From Thermovirgaceae bacterium (GTDB taxonomy: Bacteria > Synergistota > Synergistia > Synergistales > Thermovirgaceae), in contig JAXGNU010000005.1 in assembly GCA_040767805.1 (NCBI GenBank), forward strand, positions 1-64,000: a stretch of DNA of 64,000 bases. The letters are read 5' to 3'. A program made the translations under genes and the position numbers. Below are positions 47,766-59,756 of the stretch, piece by piece; position 1 is the stretch's first letter; each line of letters opens with the position of its first letter. The notes under the pieces were generated by a model. That model did not search any database. It saw nothing but the letters and a program-made list of their open reading frames with translations, and was not told the DNA's origin.

Positions 47766-48269
47766 CGCTATCCCCCTCAGATAGACAGACTATTGATTCC
47801 AAGGAAAACCCCGTTGGGAAAACAATTCTACACTAACCATAGCGATGGCAAAACCTTTCGTGGGGTTCCTTGTGTTCTGTCTGTCAGGCTTCCGGCTACT
47901 CACAAAGGGTCAATTCCTTTTGGATCCGCATGACACAATAGAAAATGGTAATATTGGATTTACCAAGATAATACCAGTTTGGGAAACATTTTAACACGCG
48001 ATCGGATAACGTCAGGAAAGGGGTCACCAAGGCCATTCATGTATACTGATGCTCGGAAACGCACCGGGAGCGTTGTATCCGCCCGGTAACGTCCCCGAGT
48101 AACTGGAGCTGACCGCGGGGGTCGGCAGGCTTCTCGGGTAAAATAGAGAACCGGGGAAAAAGGACATCCGCCAGGAAGGCGTGCCTTTAACCTTTCAAGG
48201 CCTGTTGTCACCAACACCCATATGATGGATCTAAATTTACATCCAGATTCCCGCACATGGATACAATCT

Positions 48270-50443
48270 TGAGGTGAAGTCTTGTAAACGGATATGGCAT
48301 TCTTTGTTCAGGAAGGACCTGGACGGGGGTGCCAACCGTGGCGAAGCTAAAGGAGCATCACATCATGTGCGCGGAAGAACTAGCAAACCACAAAAGCATC
48401 AGGGATATAGCGTCCACCTTTTGCGTGGACGAAAGCACCTTGAGATACAGGCTCGAACGGCATCGGACAGGAGCCGTGGATGGCAGATCGCTCCAGGAGG
48501 AAGCGTGCGCTCCTTCCGACCCCTTGTCCTCGAGTGGATACAGGGGCAGGAAGGGCAGGAGCGGCCGGAATCCGTTCGGGCATTGTATATGAAAGACTTC
48601 TGCGCGGACCACGGATACACGGGGAGCTATGGGTGTCTACAGGTTCGTCAAAAGGAGGCGCAAGGCCCCTTTCCCTGCCCCCTTCCGCCGGAGTGGAGAC
48701 CAAGCCGGGGGCGCAAGCTCAGGCCGACTGGCTTCAAAAGAAGATCTATATCCACGAACTTGGCGGAGAGACAAAGATCTCGGCATTCATAATGACCCTG
48801 TCCCACTCCCGGATGTGGTCCGTCGTCTGGAGCCGGAGCGAAAACATGCTCACCTGGCTTGCCTGCCACAACAGGGCCTTCGAATTCCTGGGAGGTGTCC
48901 CGTATACGGTCAGGATAGACAACCTCAAAACGGGAGTAGCCTGCGGCTGCGGAGCCCTGGGCAAAGCTCAACGAAGAGTACGCCTCCTACGCGAAGCAGA
49001 TGGATTTCGCCATAGACCCCCACAGGGTCAGGACACCCAGGGACAAGGGCAAGGCGGAACGTAGGGTCCAGGATGTGAAGACGCTCCAGATTACGGAGAA
49101 GGACCGGTTCGAGGATATGGAGGACCTGCAGGAGACCAGCACCCTCCGGATCCTTGCCAGATCACGGAAGTTACTATGCCCAGTAACGGGCAAAAGCATC
49201 TACGACAGCTGGAACCTTGAAAAGCAGCATCTAAAGCCCCTTCCATTTTCTTCCTGTACCCTTCGATGTACACAGGTCTCGAGGAAGTTGGCCGGGATTG
49301 CCTTGTCTCCTTCGAGGGAAGACGTTACATCCCCTACACTTGGACCCAAACGGACGGTCAGGTCAGGGGGTGTGCGGACACCGTCGAGATATGGGGGAGA
49401 GGGAAACTGCTCTGCACCTTCCCGCGCAAAACGGACTGCAGGCTTCTCATTGACCAGGGCCACTACGAAGGGGCCAGCGAAGGCGCAGGAAAGACCCCTG
49501 TTCCTCTTGGGAAAATTGGCAGGGAGATCGTAATACCCAGAAGCTGGGAGATAGAAGATGCCCCCAGGCGTTCCATAGATCGCTACGCGGAAGCTGTGGG
49601 TACACGGTCATGACCAGGCCAGAGGCAGTGACCGGTCTGGACGCGAGCAGGTCTTTGCTGGAAGAGATGGGCTTTGAGCATGCCCAGCATCTCGTGGCGG
49701 AGCTCATGGAACAGGCCGTAAAGGACAACGCCTCCTACGGTGACTTTCTGGAAAAAGGTTTGAGAAGAGAACATGAATACCGGGAAGAGCGCAGGATAAG
49801 GACACTCCTTTGAAGCTGTCCGGCCTGCCCCAGGGCAAGACCCTTGAAAGCTTCGACTTCACCTTTGGTCGGAGCGTGAACAAAGGAGATCGAGCTGCTT
49901 TCGACCTGCGAATACGCCAAGAGGAAGGAGAACATCCTCCTCCTCGGCCCGCCCGGAGTGGGCAAGAGCCACCTCGCGCCGCGGCGTTGGGGGTGCGGGC
50001 CGTACAGAATGAAGCTTCTCCGTCTCCTGGCTGACTGCCGACGACCTGCTTTTCGCCTCAGGCGGGACGAGGAGAACCCTTCCAGGCGAAACAGGAGGAG
50101 GAAATACTGTCTCCTCGGGCGTTCTCGTCCTTGGAGCGAGCTGGGGTTCCAGGTCCTGGGCCGGGGCGACGCCCACCTGCTCTTCAAGGTGGTAAGCGCC
50201 AGGTACGAAAGGGCGAGCACGATCATCACGTCGAACAAGAGCATACGGGATTGGCCGGAGATGCTGGCAGGAGACGAAGTCCTCACTACCGCTATCCTGG
50301 ACAGGCTTTTACACCATTGCCACGTCGTTCATGTCGACGGAAGCAGTTACCGCCTCTGGGAGATGGAACAACGGACCAGACCCGCACCGCGGAAGGAGGG
50401 ATGACCTGAACGGTCAAACATTTCAGGTTCACGAATCACCCCA
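48270..50443 (+). mobile_element. IS21-family element (istA ~48338-49613, istB ~49610-50404), multiply frameshifted
   Basis: ETKPGAQAQADW, RIDNLKTGV, DKGKAER (IstA); KTLESFDF, GPPGVGKSHL, TIITSNK, AILDRLLHH (IstB); imperfect TG...CA ends; boundaries approximate. Confidence 0.85.
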
Positions 50444-50462
50444 ACGCGTTCAAGAAGGAATG

Positions 50463-51896
50463 GGTAGTGTCAAGAATTTTTCGCACATTTTTTTCTCGGG
50501 CTTAATATTCAGCAGTCTCCCCGAATAGGGGTGTCATTTTATTAAACGCATCCGGCCATAACCTCAGGTTCACGATCCCTTTCGTATGCATATAGCTTTT
50601 CCATGTCCATGTACTTTCGAGTTCCCCATTTGGTAGATACTATATGTCTTAGTCTGGCAGCCACCAGCATGAGGGCCGAATTGCCGTCCGGGAAAGCGCC
50701 CACCACCCGCGTTCTGCGCCGGATCTCGCGGTTAATTCGCTCAAGGGGATTGTTCGTCCTGAGACTTCTGCGGTGCTCCGGGGGAAAGTTATAGTAGCTG
50801 AAGGTCTCGGAGACGCCTTTTTTTACTATCTCAGCAGCCTTCTGAAGCTTCATTTCCCGCAGTTTCACCACCACGTCCTCCGCTTTTTTCTCCGCAGCCT
50901 TAAGATCTTCAGAAGCGTGAATCGCCTTGAGCATGTCCGCCACCATGCGCATCTTGCCACGGGGAGTTACGGTGAATACGTTGCGATAGAAATGAACCGC
51001 GCACCTCTGCCACCTAGATTCAGGAAAGGCTTCACCAAGGGCATCCACAAGGCCTGAGCATTTATCAGAGATGAAGAGGCGAACACCCTTCAGCCCCCTT
51101 TCCTTCAAGTGTCTCAGAAAGTTCAGCCAGCTCTCCTTGTCCTCCTTGCCTCCTTCAGCCACGCCGATAACTTTTCTGTAGCCCTCGCTGTCTACTCCTA
51201 TCGCCACTAGTACGGATACGTTCTCAACCTCGCCTCCCCAGCTTCTCTTCAGCCAGATTCCGTCAAGATAGACATAGGGGTGCTCTTCCTCAAGGGGACG
51301 ATTTCTCCAGCTTTCTATATGGCCATAAATCTTCTGGTTCATGTTGCTTATGGTCGAGGGGCTTACCTTGGTACCCCAAAGGGCTTCCGTGATATCTTCA
51401 ACACGCCTCACGGATACACCGGCGAGATACATCTCAATCATGGCCTCCTCTACCGAAGCCTCCCTCCTGCGGTACCTTTCTATTATGGAGGTCTCAAAGG
51501 TCAACGTTCTGAGCTTGGGCATCCGGAGGGTCACTTCGCCGGCCTTCGTATGCAGCTGCCTGGTGTAGTAACCTGCCCTGGTATCCACACGGTCCGGGGA
51601 ACGCTCATATCGCGTGGCCTTGCACAAAGCGTCAGCCTCGGCGTCCAGGAGACTGTTCAGCGTGTCTTCCACACTCTTCTTTACCATCTGGTCAAGATGA
51701 TTGCGGATCTCTCCCTCGTCAATGCTGATGATTTTAGAAACCGGCCGTGTCTCACACGCTTTTTTTGTGATATCTTTCATATGCAGCAGCCTCCGCTTCA
51801 GGGGTAAGTTTTGTTGTCGCAGATAAAACCTTACACCCTTCAGGGGACTGCTGCACCTTATTGAACAAGATTGTGCGAAAAATATTGTACGTTATC
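50463..51896 (-). mobile_element. IS256-family element, intact, with 8-bp target duplication
   Basis: 25-bp imperfect terminal IRs; AAGGAATG at 50455-50462 and 51897-51904. Confidence 0.93.
50542..51780 (-). CDS. IS256-family DDE transposase
   Basis: MYLAGVSVRRV, YVYLDG, FISD, WQRCAVHFYRN, TNNPLERINREIRRRT. Confidence 0.95.
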   Translation of the reverse strand: MKDITKKACETRPVSKIISIDEGEIRNHLDQMVKKSVEDTLNSLLDAEADALCKATRYERSPDRVDTRAGYYTRQLHTKAGEVTLRMPKLRTLTFETSIIERYRRREASVEEAMIEMYLAGVSVRRVEDITEALWGTKVSPSTISNMNQKIYGHIESWRNRPLEEEHPYVYLDGIWLKRSWGGEVENVSVLVAIGVDSEGYRKVIGVAEGGKEDKESWLNFLRHLKERGLKGVRLFISDKCSGLVDALGEAFPESRWQRCAVHFYRNVFTVTPRGKMRMVADMLKAIHASEDLKAAEKKAEDVVVKLREMKLQKAAEIVKKGVSETFSYYNFPPEHRRSLRTNNPLERINREIRRRTRVVGAFPDGNSALMLVAARLRHIVSTKWGTRKYMDMEKLYAYERDREPEVMAGCV

Positions 51897-52016
51897 AAGG
51901 AATGTGTATATCTGCGGGAAAGTGGATGTAAATTTACTGCGGGAATCTGGGTGTTAATTGACACCTGTCATCGTGGGTTTAGGTGGGCCGCTAGAAAAAT
52001 TTAAGGGGGAACTACA

Positions 52017-52733
52017 GTGAGCAAGCGAGGAGCCTTGGTCAATCAGATACTCGAAGGAATTAAAAACGGTTCCCTGGTCGAGAACGGCCAATTGCCCTCA
52101 GAAAGGGCCCTGGCGAATAAATATGGCATCAGCCGTATCCTCCTTCGAGAGGCAATCGTGGTCCTGGAGACTCTTGGTGTTGTCGAAAGCAGGGAGAGGC
52201 TTGGTATTTTCGTCAAGAAGCCCGATATAAACGGACTGGCGGAATCCCTTCGGATAATGCCTTACTGGTCTGAGAGTTTTGTTCTCCAGTTGATCGAAAT
52301 ACGCCTCATGACTGATGTACGGGCCGCGGAGCTGGCGGCGTTAAGGAGAAACGGGAAGCAGCTGGAAGCACTTCGGCAGTGCCTTGCCACCTTTCTTGAA
52401 ATAGGTGTGGATACTCTCCAAGAAGCGAAGCTTTCTTCTCATTATGAATTTATTTTCCACAGGCTTATTGTGGAAGCCGCGAACAACGATATATTGATCA
52501 GGATCTATGAAGGCCTAAGCTCCCTGATGGAGAAAAACAATGATTTCCTTCACGAAAAACTGACCCGGGACGCAACATGGGGAAAACGTGTGAAGGAGCA
52601 TCATAAGAATATTTTTCAGGCAATTCAGGATGGAGACTCGGAAAAAGCGAAGCAATGGATGCGTACTCACCTTTTCGAGACGCGGGATAGATACTGCAAG
52701 ATCTTGGAGGAATTGAAAGGACTTTTTATATAA
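52017..52733 (+). CDS. FadR/GntR-family regulator (FCD domain)
   Basis: LPSERALA..YGISR..LREA, EIR, FHRLI..AANN, EHH..I..AI. Confidence 0.9.
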   Translation: MSKRGALVNQILEGIKNGSLVENGQLPSERALANKYGISRILLREAIVVLETLGVVESRERLGIFVKKPDINGLAESLRIMPYWSESFVLQLIEIRLMTDVRAAELAALRRNGKQLEALRQCLATFLEIGVDTLQEAKLSSHYEFIFHRLIVEAANNDILIRIYEGLSSLMEKNNDFLHEKLTRDATWGKRVKEHHKNIFQAIQDGDSEKAKQWMRTHLFETRDRYCKILEELKGLFI

Positions 52734-52838
52734 AAGAAGGTAATTACTCAACGGCCTGTTGCCCAAATAGCGTTTCTTGAGGTGGAAGTACCTGAATACC
52801 CTTAAAATCAGTGTAGGCAGCGCAAGGGGGTGCTCTCC

Positions 52839-54687
52839 ATGATGGGTATTCAAGAACCCGACGGCGGCAAATTCTTTTACACCAACATAAGAATCGCTCA
52901 AAGGGTCCGCAGGGACCACCCTCTCCGGGAGATAGCGGCGAGGGTGGACTTTGACTTCATCTAAAGCGAAGTGGCGGACAAATACGGGACGAGGGACAAC
53001 GTATCGGTTCCTCCCCCGGTGATACTGAAGCTGAGATAACGTACAATATTTTTCGCACAATCTTGTTCAATAAGGTGCAGCAGTCCCTGAAGGTGTGGGT
53101 TTTATCTTAAGACGGCAAGAACTTACCCCTGGGCGGGGGCTGCATATGAATATCACAAAAAAAGCGTGTGAGACACGGCCGGTTTCTAAAATCATCAGCA
53201 TTGACAGGGAGAGATCCGCAATCATCTTGACCAGATGGTGAAGAATAGTGGAAGACACGCTGAACAGTCTCCTGGACGCCAGGCTTGACGCTTTGTGCAA
53301 GGCCACACCCCGATATGACGTTCCCCAGACCGTGTGGATACCAGAACGGGGCCCACTACACCAGGCAGCTGCAGCCACGAAGGCCATGCCAGTGACCCTC
53401 CGGATGCCCCGCTCAGGGCGCAGGGCAGGCACCACGAACTCCATAATAAGGCCTGCACGGAGGAGACTCAAACCCAGAGAGGCCATGATTGGATGTATCA
53501 CCGGTGTATCCCGTGAGGCGTGTTGAAGATGGAGAACCAGGTAAGCCCCTCGACCGCCAGCAACATGAACCAGAAGACATGGCCATATAGAAAGCTGGAG
53601 AAATCGTCCTTGAGAAGAGCACCCTATCTGTCTCTTGGCTGGAGATCTGAAGAAAGAGAAGCTGGGGAGACGAGGTTGAGAACGTATCCATGCAAGTGGC
53701 GATAGAGGAGAGAGAATAGACAACGAAAATTTGAAAAAGTTATCGGCATGTGCTGAAAGAGCACAAATTGAACACTTGAGAAGGAAAGGGCTGAAGAGTG
53801 TTACCTCTTCATCTCTGATAAATGCTCGGGCACTTGTGGATGCCCGCAGTGGCTTTCACAGATCTAGGTGGCAAGTGCGCGGTTCATTTCTATCGCAACG
53901 TATTCACCGTAACTCCCCGTGGCAAGATGCGCATGTGTGGCGGGTTGCTGGGGCGATTCACGCTGAAGATGCCAAGGCTGCGAAAAAAAGCGGAGGGACA
54001 GTGGTGTGAAACTTGCGGGAAATGTCTTCGAAAGAGGCTCGCGAGATAGTAAAAAAAGGCTCGGACCTCAGCTATAACTCCCCCGGAGCACCGCGGAAAT
54101 CTCAGGACGAACAATCGAGCGAATTAACCGCGAGATCCGGCACCAGGAGCGCACGCAGGTGGTGGGCGCTTTCCCGGACGGCAATTCGGCCCTCATGCTG
54201 GTCCGGTATGAGACAAGACGCCTGAAATCTGCAAATGGGGAACTCGAAAGTACGCCGGACGCCGGGCTTATATGCATACGAAAGGGATCGTGAACCTGAG
54301 GTTATGGCCGGATGCGTTTAATAAAATGACACCCCTATTCGGGGAGACTGCTGAATATTAAGCCCGAGAAAAAAATGTGCGAAAAATTCTTGACACTACC
54401 AAGCTGATGCTTCTTTTGGTCTTTTACAACGTCCGGTCCGAGCGTGAGCTCATGGCTACCCTTCCGGAGAGGCTGGACTGGCTCTGGTTCCTGGGTTACG
54501 ACCTCGACACGAAAATCCCCGACCACAGCGTCCTCTCCAAGGCTCGGAAGCGCTGGAGGGCGGAGGTGTTCAGGAACTTCTTCGAGCGGATAGTTTTCCA
54601 GTGCGTTGAGGCAGGTTGGTGAACGGCGGCAAGATCTTTGTCGACGCCAGCCTTGTCGAAGCCGACGGGTCGAACAACTCGTTCTAG
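52839..54687 (+). pseudogene. Truncated IS1182-like transposase interrupted by IS256
   Basis: DHPLR...SVPPPVILKL | MLLLVFYNVRSERELM...WFLGY...IPDHSVLS; internal TAA; ends shortly after VDAS. Confidence 0.8.
53035..54400 (+). mobile_element. Second IS256 copy (inverted relative to the first), error-ridden interior
   Basis: Same terminal IRs as 50463-51896; flanks AAGCTGA / AAGCTGAT; transposase fragments in several frames. Confidence 0.9.
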
Positions 54688-54744
54688 TGATGACTAAGCA
54701 CAACCTTAATCTATGTCAAATATTACTAACAAAGTATTGGTACG

Positions 54745-56424
54745 TTATGAAAATCGGTCTTCCATCATAGCACCAAGATGTGCCTGTAGTGCATTGTTAG
54801 CGTAAATGCCAACTATGCCACATTCTTTCTTCTCAGGTTTCTCCCAACTTTCAATACGTTTTGTAATCTCATCTTTCGAAACGTCAAGGTCGACGGTACG
54901 ATTTACAATATCAATCTTAAGGACATCACCATCTTGAATTACGCCAATTACTCCGCCAATTGCTGCCTCAGGTGAGACATGTCCAATTGCCATTCCTTCC
55001 GTAAAACCCGAGAAACGGCCATCTGTGAGGACAAAAACGTCATGTCCCATACCTTTTCCCACCAATGCATCTGTTGTGAGCATAACTTCTCTCATGCCTG
55101 GAGCTCCGCGTGGCCCTTCATATCTGATTACGACGACATCGCCAATCTTGATCGTTCCGTTAAGTACCGCCTCATGTGCATCTTCGTCACAGTCAAAGAC
55201 CTTTGCTATACCCGTAAAAGCATATTTTTCTTTTGGGATTGTCGTTGTCCTGCAAATGGCACCGTTTAGTGCAATATTGCCTTTCATTACCGCTATGCCT
55301 CCATTGGGGAAGACGGGATTGTCCACGGTCGTTATAACGTTACAATCACGAGATTTTGATTTTTCTGAAATTTGTCCTATCGTTAGCCCTGATACTGTTA
55401 TGCAATCCTTATGTAGGAATTGCTTTATCTCGCCCATCAAAGCAGGCACACCACCAGCACGGTAAAAATCGACAACAGTTGCCATGCCCGTCGGTTTTAC
55501 TCTACTGATCACTGGCACAATTTTTGACAACCTGTCAAAATCAAGAAGCGTGAGATCAACTCCAACTTCGCGCGCAAAACTCAAGAGGTGCAATACAGCG
55601 TTAGTAGAACCGGCTACTGCCATTGTCGCCGCTATTCCATTTAAGAAAGCTGCTTTTGTCATAATATCACTAGGCTTTATGTTTTTTTCAACAAGTGTAA
55701 TAATACTACGGCCAGTTTGGGTAGCAAAGCGTTCCTTTTCTGCGTATGTTGCAGGTATTACAGAAGATCCTGGCAAAGAGAGCCCGAGCACTTCCGTAAG
55801 TATTTGCATTGTGTTCGCTGTCCCCATGAGGGAACATGCCCCAGGACCAGGACAGACATTGTTTTCAAGATATTTTATCTTTTTGTCGATTTCTTCATTG
55901 TGATCAAATTGATTACCAAAAACAATTTGATCAAGCTCGCTGATTAATGTTTGTTTATTGTTATACACACACACATCTTGGCATCCCCCCGTTATAACAA
56001 TGGTAGGAATTTTGGCACGTATTGCACCAATAATTACACCTGGTATGATGCTATCGCATGATGCTATCAACACCAGACCGTCAAAAAGATGACTGCCCGC
56101 CATAATTTCTACAGAAGATGCGACGACGTCCCTAATCATCAGTTCATGGCGGAAATATGGTGTACCTATGGATACAGTTCCACATGTAGAAATAGTGCCA
56201 AACTCGAAGGGGGTACCACCAGCTTCGAGGATTCCGTTGCGCACTCTTTTCGCAAGTCTGCCAAGATGTACATGTCCAAGAGCCGCATCGTTGGCCGTAT
56301 TTACGATGCCTATTAACGGCTTTTTCAACTCGTCATCATCGTAGCCACAACCTTTATATATTGCACGGCGTGACCCAGAACTTCTCTTGGAATATCCAAA
56401 TCTCGTATTAAGATAGTCCGTAAT
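54745..56424 (-). CDS. IlvD/Edd-family Fe-S dehydratase with atypical metal-site residues
   Basis: [53 protein letters not shown]; homology extends upstream of the TTG to an ATT at 56424. Confidence 0.85.
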   Translation of the reverse strand: MTDYLNTRFGYSKRSSGSRRAIYKGCGYDDDELKKPLIGIVNTANDAALGHVHLGRLAKRVRNGILEAGGTPFEFGTISTCGTVSIGTPYFRHELMIRDVVASSVEIMAGSHLFDGLVLIASCDSIIPGVIIGAIRAKIPTIVITGGCQDVCVYNNKQTLISELDQIVFGNQFDHNEEIDKKIKYLENNVCPGPGACSLMGTANTMQILTEVLGLSLPGSSVIPATYAEKERFATQTGRSIITLVEKNIKPSDIMTKAAFLNGIAATMAVAGSTNAVLHLLSFAREVGVDLTLLDFDRLSKIVPVISRVKPTGMATVVDFYRAGGVPALMGEIKQFLHKDCITVSGLTIGQISEKSKSRDCNVITTVDNPVFPNGGIAVMKGNIALNGAICRTTTIPKEKYAFTGIAKVFDCDEDAHEAVLNGTIKIGDVVVIRYEGPRGAPGMREVMLTTDALVGKGMGHDVFVLTDGRFSGFTEGMAIGHVSPEAAIGGVIGVIQDGDVLKIDIVNRTVDLDVSKDEITKRIESWEKPEKKECGIVGIYANNALQAHLGAMMEDRFS

Positions 56425-56534
56425 GGGTAATCTCTCCTTTAAAAAATACTTAAACCTAACATTAAATATCGATTCGTTATCCTCTTTAGATACTTTAATT
56501 ACAACGTTAGGAAAAACAGAAAACTCATTTCTTG

Positions 56535-57521
56535 TTAGATTTTAATCTCGCGCCCAATTCCAGCTCTTATAGCATTGTTATAAATGTTCCATGCAGCAAC
56601 CACGTCCAGCACTGCATATCCCACCGTTTTCATCACCGTGATCTGGTTCGGATTCTGACGACCATCGATCTTACCGTCTAGAACCTCTCCAAGCTCACCG
56701 GCGATACAATCAAAACTGTACTTGCCCTCGTTGATTGGTATAATAAAATCTCCAGCTTCGGCAAATACAGATTCTTTGTTGTCAACAAATACGCGCGCCC
56801 TCCGGATTAACGATAAATCAAGTTCTCTTTTGTTTGGTGTGTATGAACCTACTCCGTTTACATGGGCCCCATATTTTATCCTTTTACCATCAAAAACTGG
56901 AGTTTCGGATGTCGTTACGGTTGTTATTACATCTGCTTCATCTGTCGCTTCTTCTGGCGAAGACGTAGCTACCAGTTTTACTCCGAATCGCTCCGCCGTA
57001 TCCATTTCTCGGGTGACGAAACTTTTTATCCTTTCTTTCGATACATCATATATTCTTACTTCTTCGATATTTCTTACCATAAGCATTGCTTCAAGCTGTC
57101 TATGCGCTTGCCCTCCAGTACCAAAAAGAGCCGCAACTTTGCTGTTATTTCTTGCAAGAATGTCAGTAGCCGCACCGGATATTGCTCCTGTCCTTATCCT
57201 TGTAACCTCTGTACCATCGATCATCGCACAAACTTCACCTGTCTCATGATCCAGCAATAATACCTGAGCAGTAACAACGGGAGTATTCTTATTTATGTTG
57301 TCCAGAAAAGTGGACACAATTTTTATTCCTATACGGTTTACATAACTCTTCACGTATGCCGGCATAAACTGTGACATGCTAGCCTCATTTACTCTAAAGC
57401 TAATGCGCACCGGAACCTCTGTCTGCCTCTGCGAATGGAGTAAAAACGCCGTTTTATTCGATTGGATTGCATCCCGCATTGTAAAAATTTTGTTAATATC
57501 CTGTGCGTCCAATAAAAGCAT
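56535..57521 (-). CDS. Ornithine cyclodeaminase / mu-crystallin family protein
   Basis: [36 protein letters not shown]. Confidence 0.9.
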   Translation of the reverse strand: MLLLDAQDINKIFTMRDAIQSNKTAFLLHSQRQTEVPVRISFRVNEASMSQFMPAYVKSYVNRIGIKIVSTFLDNINKNTPVVTAQVLLLDHETGEVCAMIDGTEVTRIRTGAISGAATDILARNNSKVAALFGTGGQAHRQLEAMLMVRNIEEVRIYDVSKERIKSFVTREMDTAERFGVKLVATSSPEEATDEADVITTVTTSETPVFDGKRIKYGAHVNGVGSYTPNKRELDLSLIRRARVFVDNKESVFAEAGDFIIPINEGKYSFDCIAGELGEVLDGKIDGRQNPNQITVMKTVGYAVLDVVAAWNIYNNAIRAGIGREIKI

Positions 57522-57556
57522 TAATATTTCCTCAACCTATTATTATTAAAACTATT

Positions 57557-58294
57557 TTAGAGGTGCCCTTCATATTGCTTCGGGGTAACTGCGTTATATA
57601 CGTGTTTAATCATCGTTATAAAATCATAGATTGGAAGGCCTGTGTGATCGTGGAGCAGTTTCGCATACGGAGGTAGGTCGCTGCATTCAAGAAGAATCGC
57701 ACCGATGGTCCCTTCTCTCTCTATCATCTCATCAACAACCTCAATGATCTCTTTCTGCATTAGCTCATTGTCAAGTGTGCCCCTACAATGAAGAATGGCT
57801 TCAAGGAATTCAGGCTTATTCTCCATGCCGTAAACGACAACAGGCATATCTTCAGTGACACCAACACTGCGGAAATGACTAGTGGTGAGCTTTGATTTAT
57901 TAGCTGTAATGACCCCCAATTTCTGTCTTGAACTTAAGGTCTGTACTATAAAAGGTATCTGTAACAAACTTGAAAGGAACACGGGAACATCAACGGCATC
58001 CGCAACTTCCTTTTGGAAAAGGGCCATAAAACCACATGCTCCTGTTATTGCGCGTACGCCTTCTCTTTCCAGCTGCTTTGCACCTTCGACAAAAGCGGAC
58101 ACCAAACTTTTGTCAGCCTGATAAACCATCCTTTGCGTATCCGCTCCCTTAACTTCATGGTACCTTACTGGAAATGGATAGGTATTAGCATTTGCAACAT
58201 TTCCTGGAATATAAGGATACGCACAATCCAGCACCAGTATACCAACAGCCTCACCACTCCACGATTTACTTCTCTTATCAAGTGTGTAAATCAT
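57557..58294 (-). CDS. Asp/Glu/hydantoin racemase-superfamily protein
   Basis: PGNVANA.TYPFPV, ITGACGF, SSLLQ, LLECSDLPPY (two-Cys arrangement). Confidence 0.8.
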   Translation of the reverse strand: MIYTLDKRSKSWSGEAVGILVLDCAYPYIPGNVANANTYPFPVRYHEVKGADTQRMVYQADKSLVSAFVEGAKQLEREGVRAITGACGFMALFQKEVADAVDVPVFLSSLLQIPFIVQTLSSRQKLGVITANKSKLTTSHFRSVGVTEDMPVVVYGMENKPEFLEAILHCRGTLDNELMQKEIIEVVDEMIEREGTIGAILLECSDLPPYAKLLHDHTGLPIYDFITMIKHVYNAVTPKQYEGHL

Positions 58295-58431
58295 TTTTTA
58301 ACCCTCCAAATTTTTTAATATGTATCTTTTGTTCAGTCACAAAATACCAAAGTATCTTCTGAACATCATGATGATTAATATGCGTTTTATTTGGCAGATA
58401 ATTTTTTTCGAGATAAAGTGGATTGTTTAGT

Positions 58432-59736
58432 TTATACTGTCCCCAAAACCAGCTTGGGTAACCAGAGAGAAAGCTCTGGGAAATATGTTACGGCTATCAG
58501 TGTAGGAAACCATGCGAATAATATGAACCACATTGTTGGGGGAAGCATCTCTAAAGCAGAAACTCCTGAAACTCGGGAGCCAAGGTAGAGCAAAGGGGCA
58601 CACGGCGGTGTTATAACTCCAAGACCAAGGTTTACACCAACAATTGCAGCAAGATGCACAGGGTGAACGCCGAAACTTGCCACCACAGGGACAAGGATAG
58701 GAACGCTGAGCAACATAGCTGATAGGTCATCCATGATCATCCCCAAGCCGAGAAGCATCAAGTTGATTATCAGCAATATAACTCTCGGATCCTTGCTTAT
58801 ACTCTTAAGTACGCCCATCATTAGCTCGGGAAGTTCTTGCATTATAAGCAAGCGGCTTAGAATCATTATGCCAAATGACATCACGAGGACGGAGCCAGTA
58901 GTTTCTGCCGCATCGAGAAGGGCTTCCATTAAGAATCTCAATGTTAACTTCTTGTAAAATAAAAACCCCACAGGGATAGCATAGAAAACTGCTATGGCCG
59001 CAGATTCAGTTGGCGTAAATATCCCTGAATAAGTTCCGCCAAGAACGATTATCGGCATAAGCAGAGCTGGCGTACCCCACTTAGTCTTGGTCTTTATTTC
59101 GTCCCAACGTTCTCGACCGTATTTCTTCTCCACCAGCTGTATGTTTGTGTTATTACGAAGCATTACAAGGTTCGTTATCGAAAGGGTTGTTGCAAGAAAT
59201 AAACCAGGTAAAACCGTCGCAAGGAAACAAGCTAATATTGACTGCCTTGCAACCCATGCGTAAATGATCATTGTTGAACTGGGCGGTATCAAAAGCCCAA
59301 GAGGCGCCGCATTTGTAATCAATGCCGCAGCATGGCCTTTCGGATAACCTTGATCGTACATCTTAGGCAGCATGACCGAACCAATGCACACTAGCGTAGC
59401 GTTGCAGCTTCCAGATATAGCTCCGAATACTGCTGAGGAATATACAGATACTACTCCAAGTCCTCCACGAATATTTCCGACAAATAGATCAATAAAATCT
59501 ACAAGTGCTTCCCCTATTGCACTTTTCTGCATAATATTACCTACCAGAATATAAAGGGGAACACAAAGCATCACTACAGCATTTAAGACATCGAAACCAT
59601 AAGGAAGCATAAATGAGGGATCAAGTTTCAAATGGTACACCAGGATAAAAACTGCTGTTATAAACGAATACATTACAGGGACACTTAATGTTAACATTAT
59701 AACGACAATGAGCATAGCCAGTCCGACTACAAGCAT
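58432..59736 (-). CDS. TRAP large permease DctM
   Basis: FGAISGS, LIPPS, FTPTESA, PVHL, ITPP, LWLP. Confidence 0.92.
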   Translation of the reverse strand: MLVVGLAMLIVVIMLTLSVPVMYSFITAVFILVYHLKLDPSFMLPYGFDVLNAVVMLCVPLYILVGNIMQKSAIGEALVDFIDLFVGNIRGGLGVVSVYSSAVFGAISGSCNATLVCIGSVMLPKMYDQGYPKGHAAALITNAAPLGLLIPPSSTMIIYAWVARQSILACFLATVLPGLFLATTLSITNLVMLRNNTNIQLVEKKYGRERWDEIKTKTKWGTPALLMPIIVLGGTYSGIFTPTESAAIAVFYAIPVGFLFYKKLTLRFLMEALLDAAETTGSVLVMSFGIMILSRLLIMQELPELMMGVLKSISKDPRVILLIINLMLLGLGMIMDDLSAMLLSVPILVPVVASFGVHPVHLAAIVGVNLGLGVITPPCAPLLYLGSRVSGVSALEMLPPTMWFILFAWFPTLIAVTYFPELSLWLPKLVLGTV

Positions 59737-59756
59737 TTAATCATCCCCACAATACA

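Noticed and set aside
48338..50404. Programmed frameshifting in istA/istB
   Set aside because: There are too many scattered frame breaks; decay or sequencing error explains them better.
50463..54400. Composite transposon of two inverted IS256 copies carrying the FadR gene
   Set aside because: Each copy has its own distinct target duplication (AAGGAATG; AAGCTGA(T)), indicating independent insertions.
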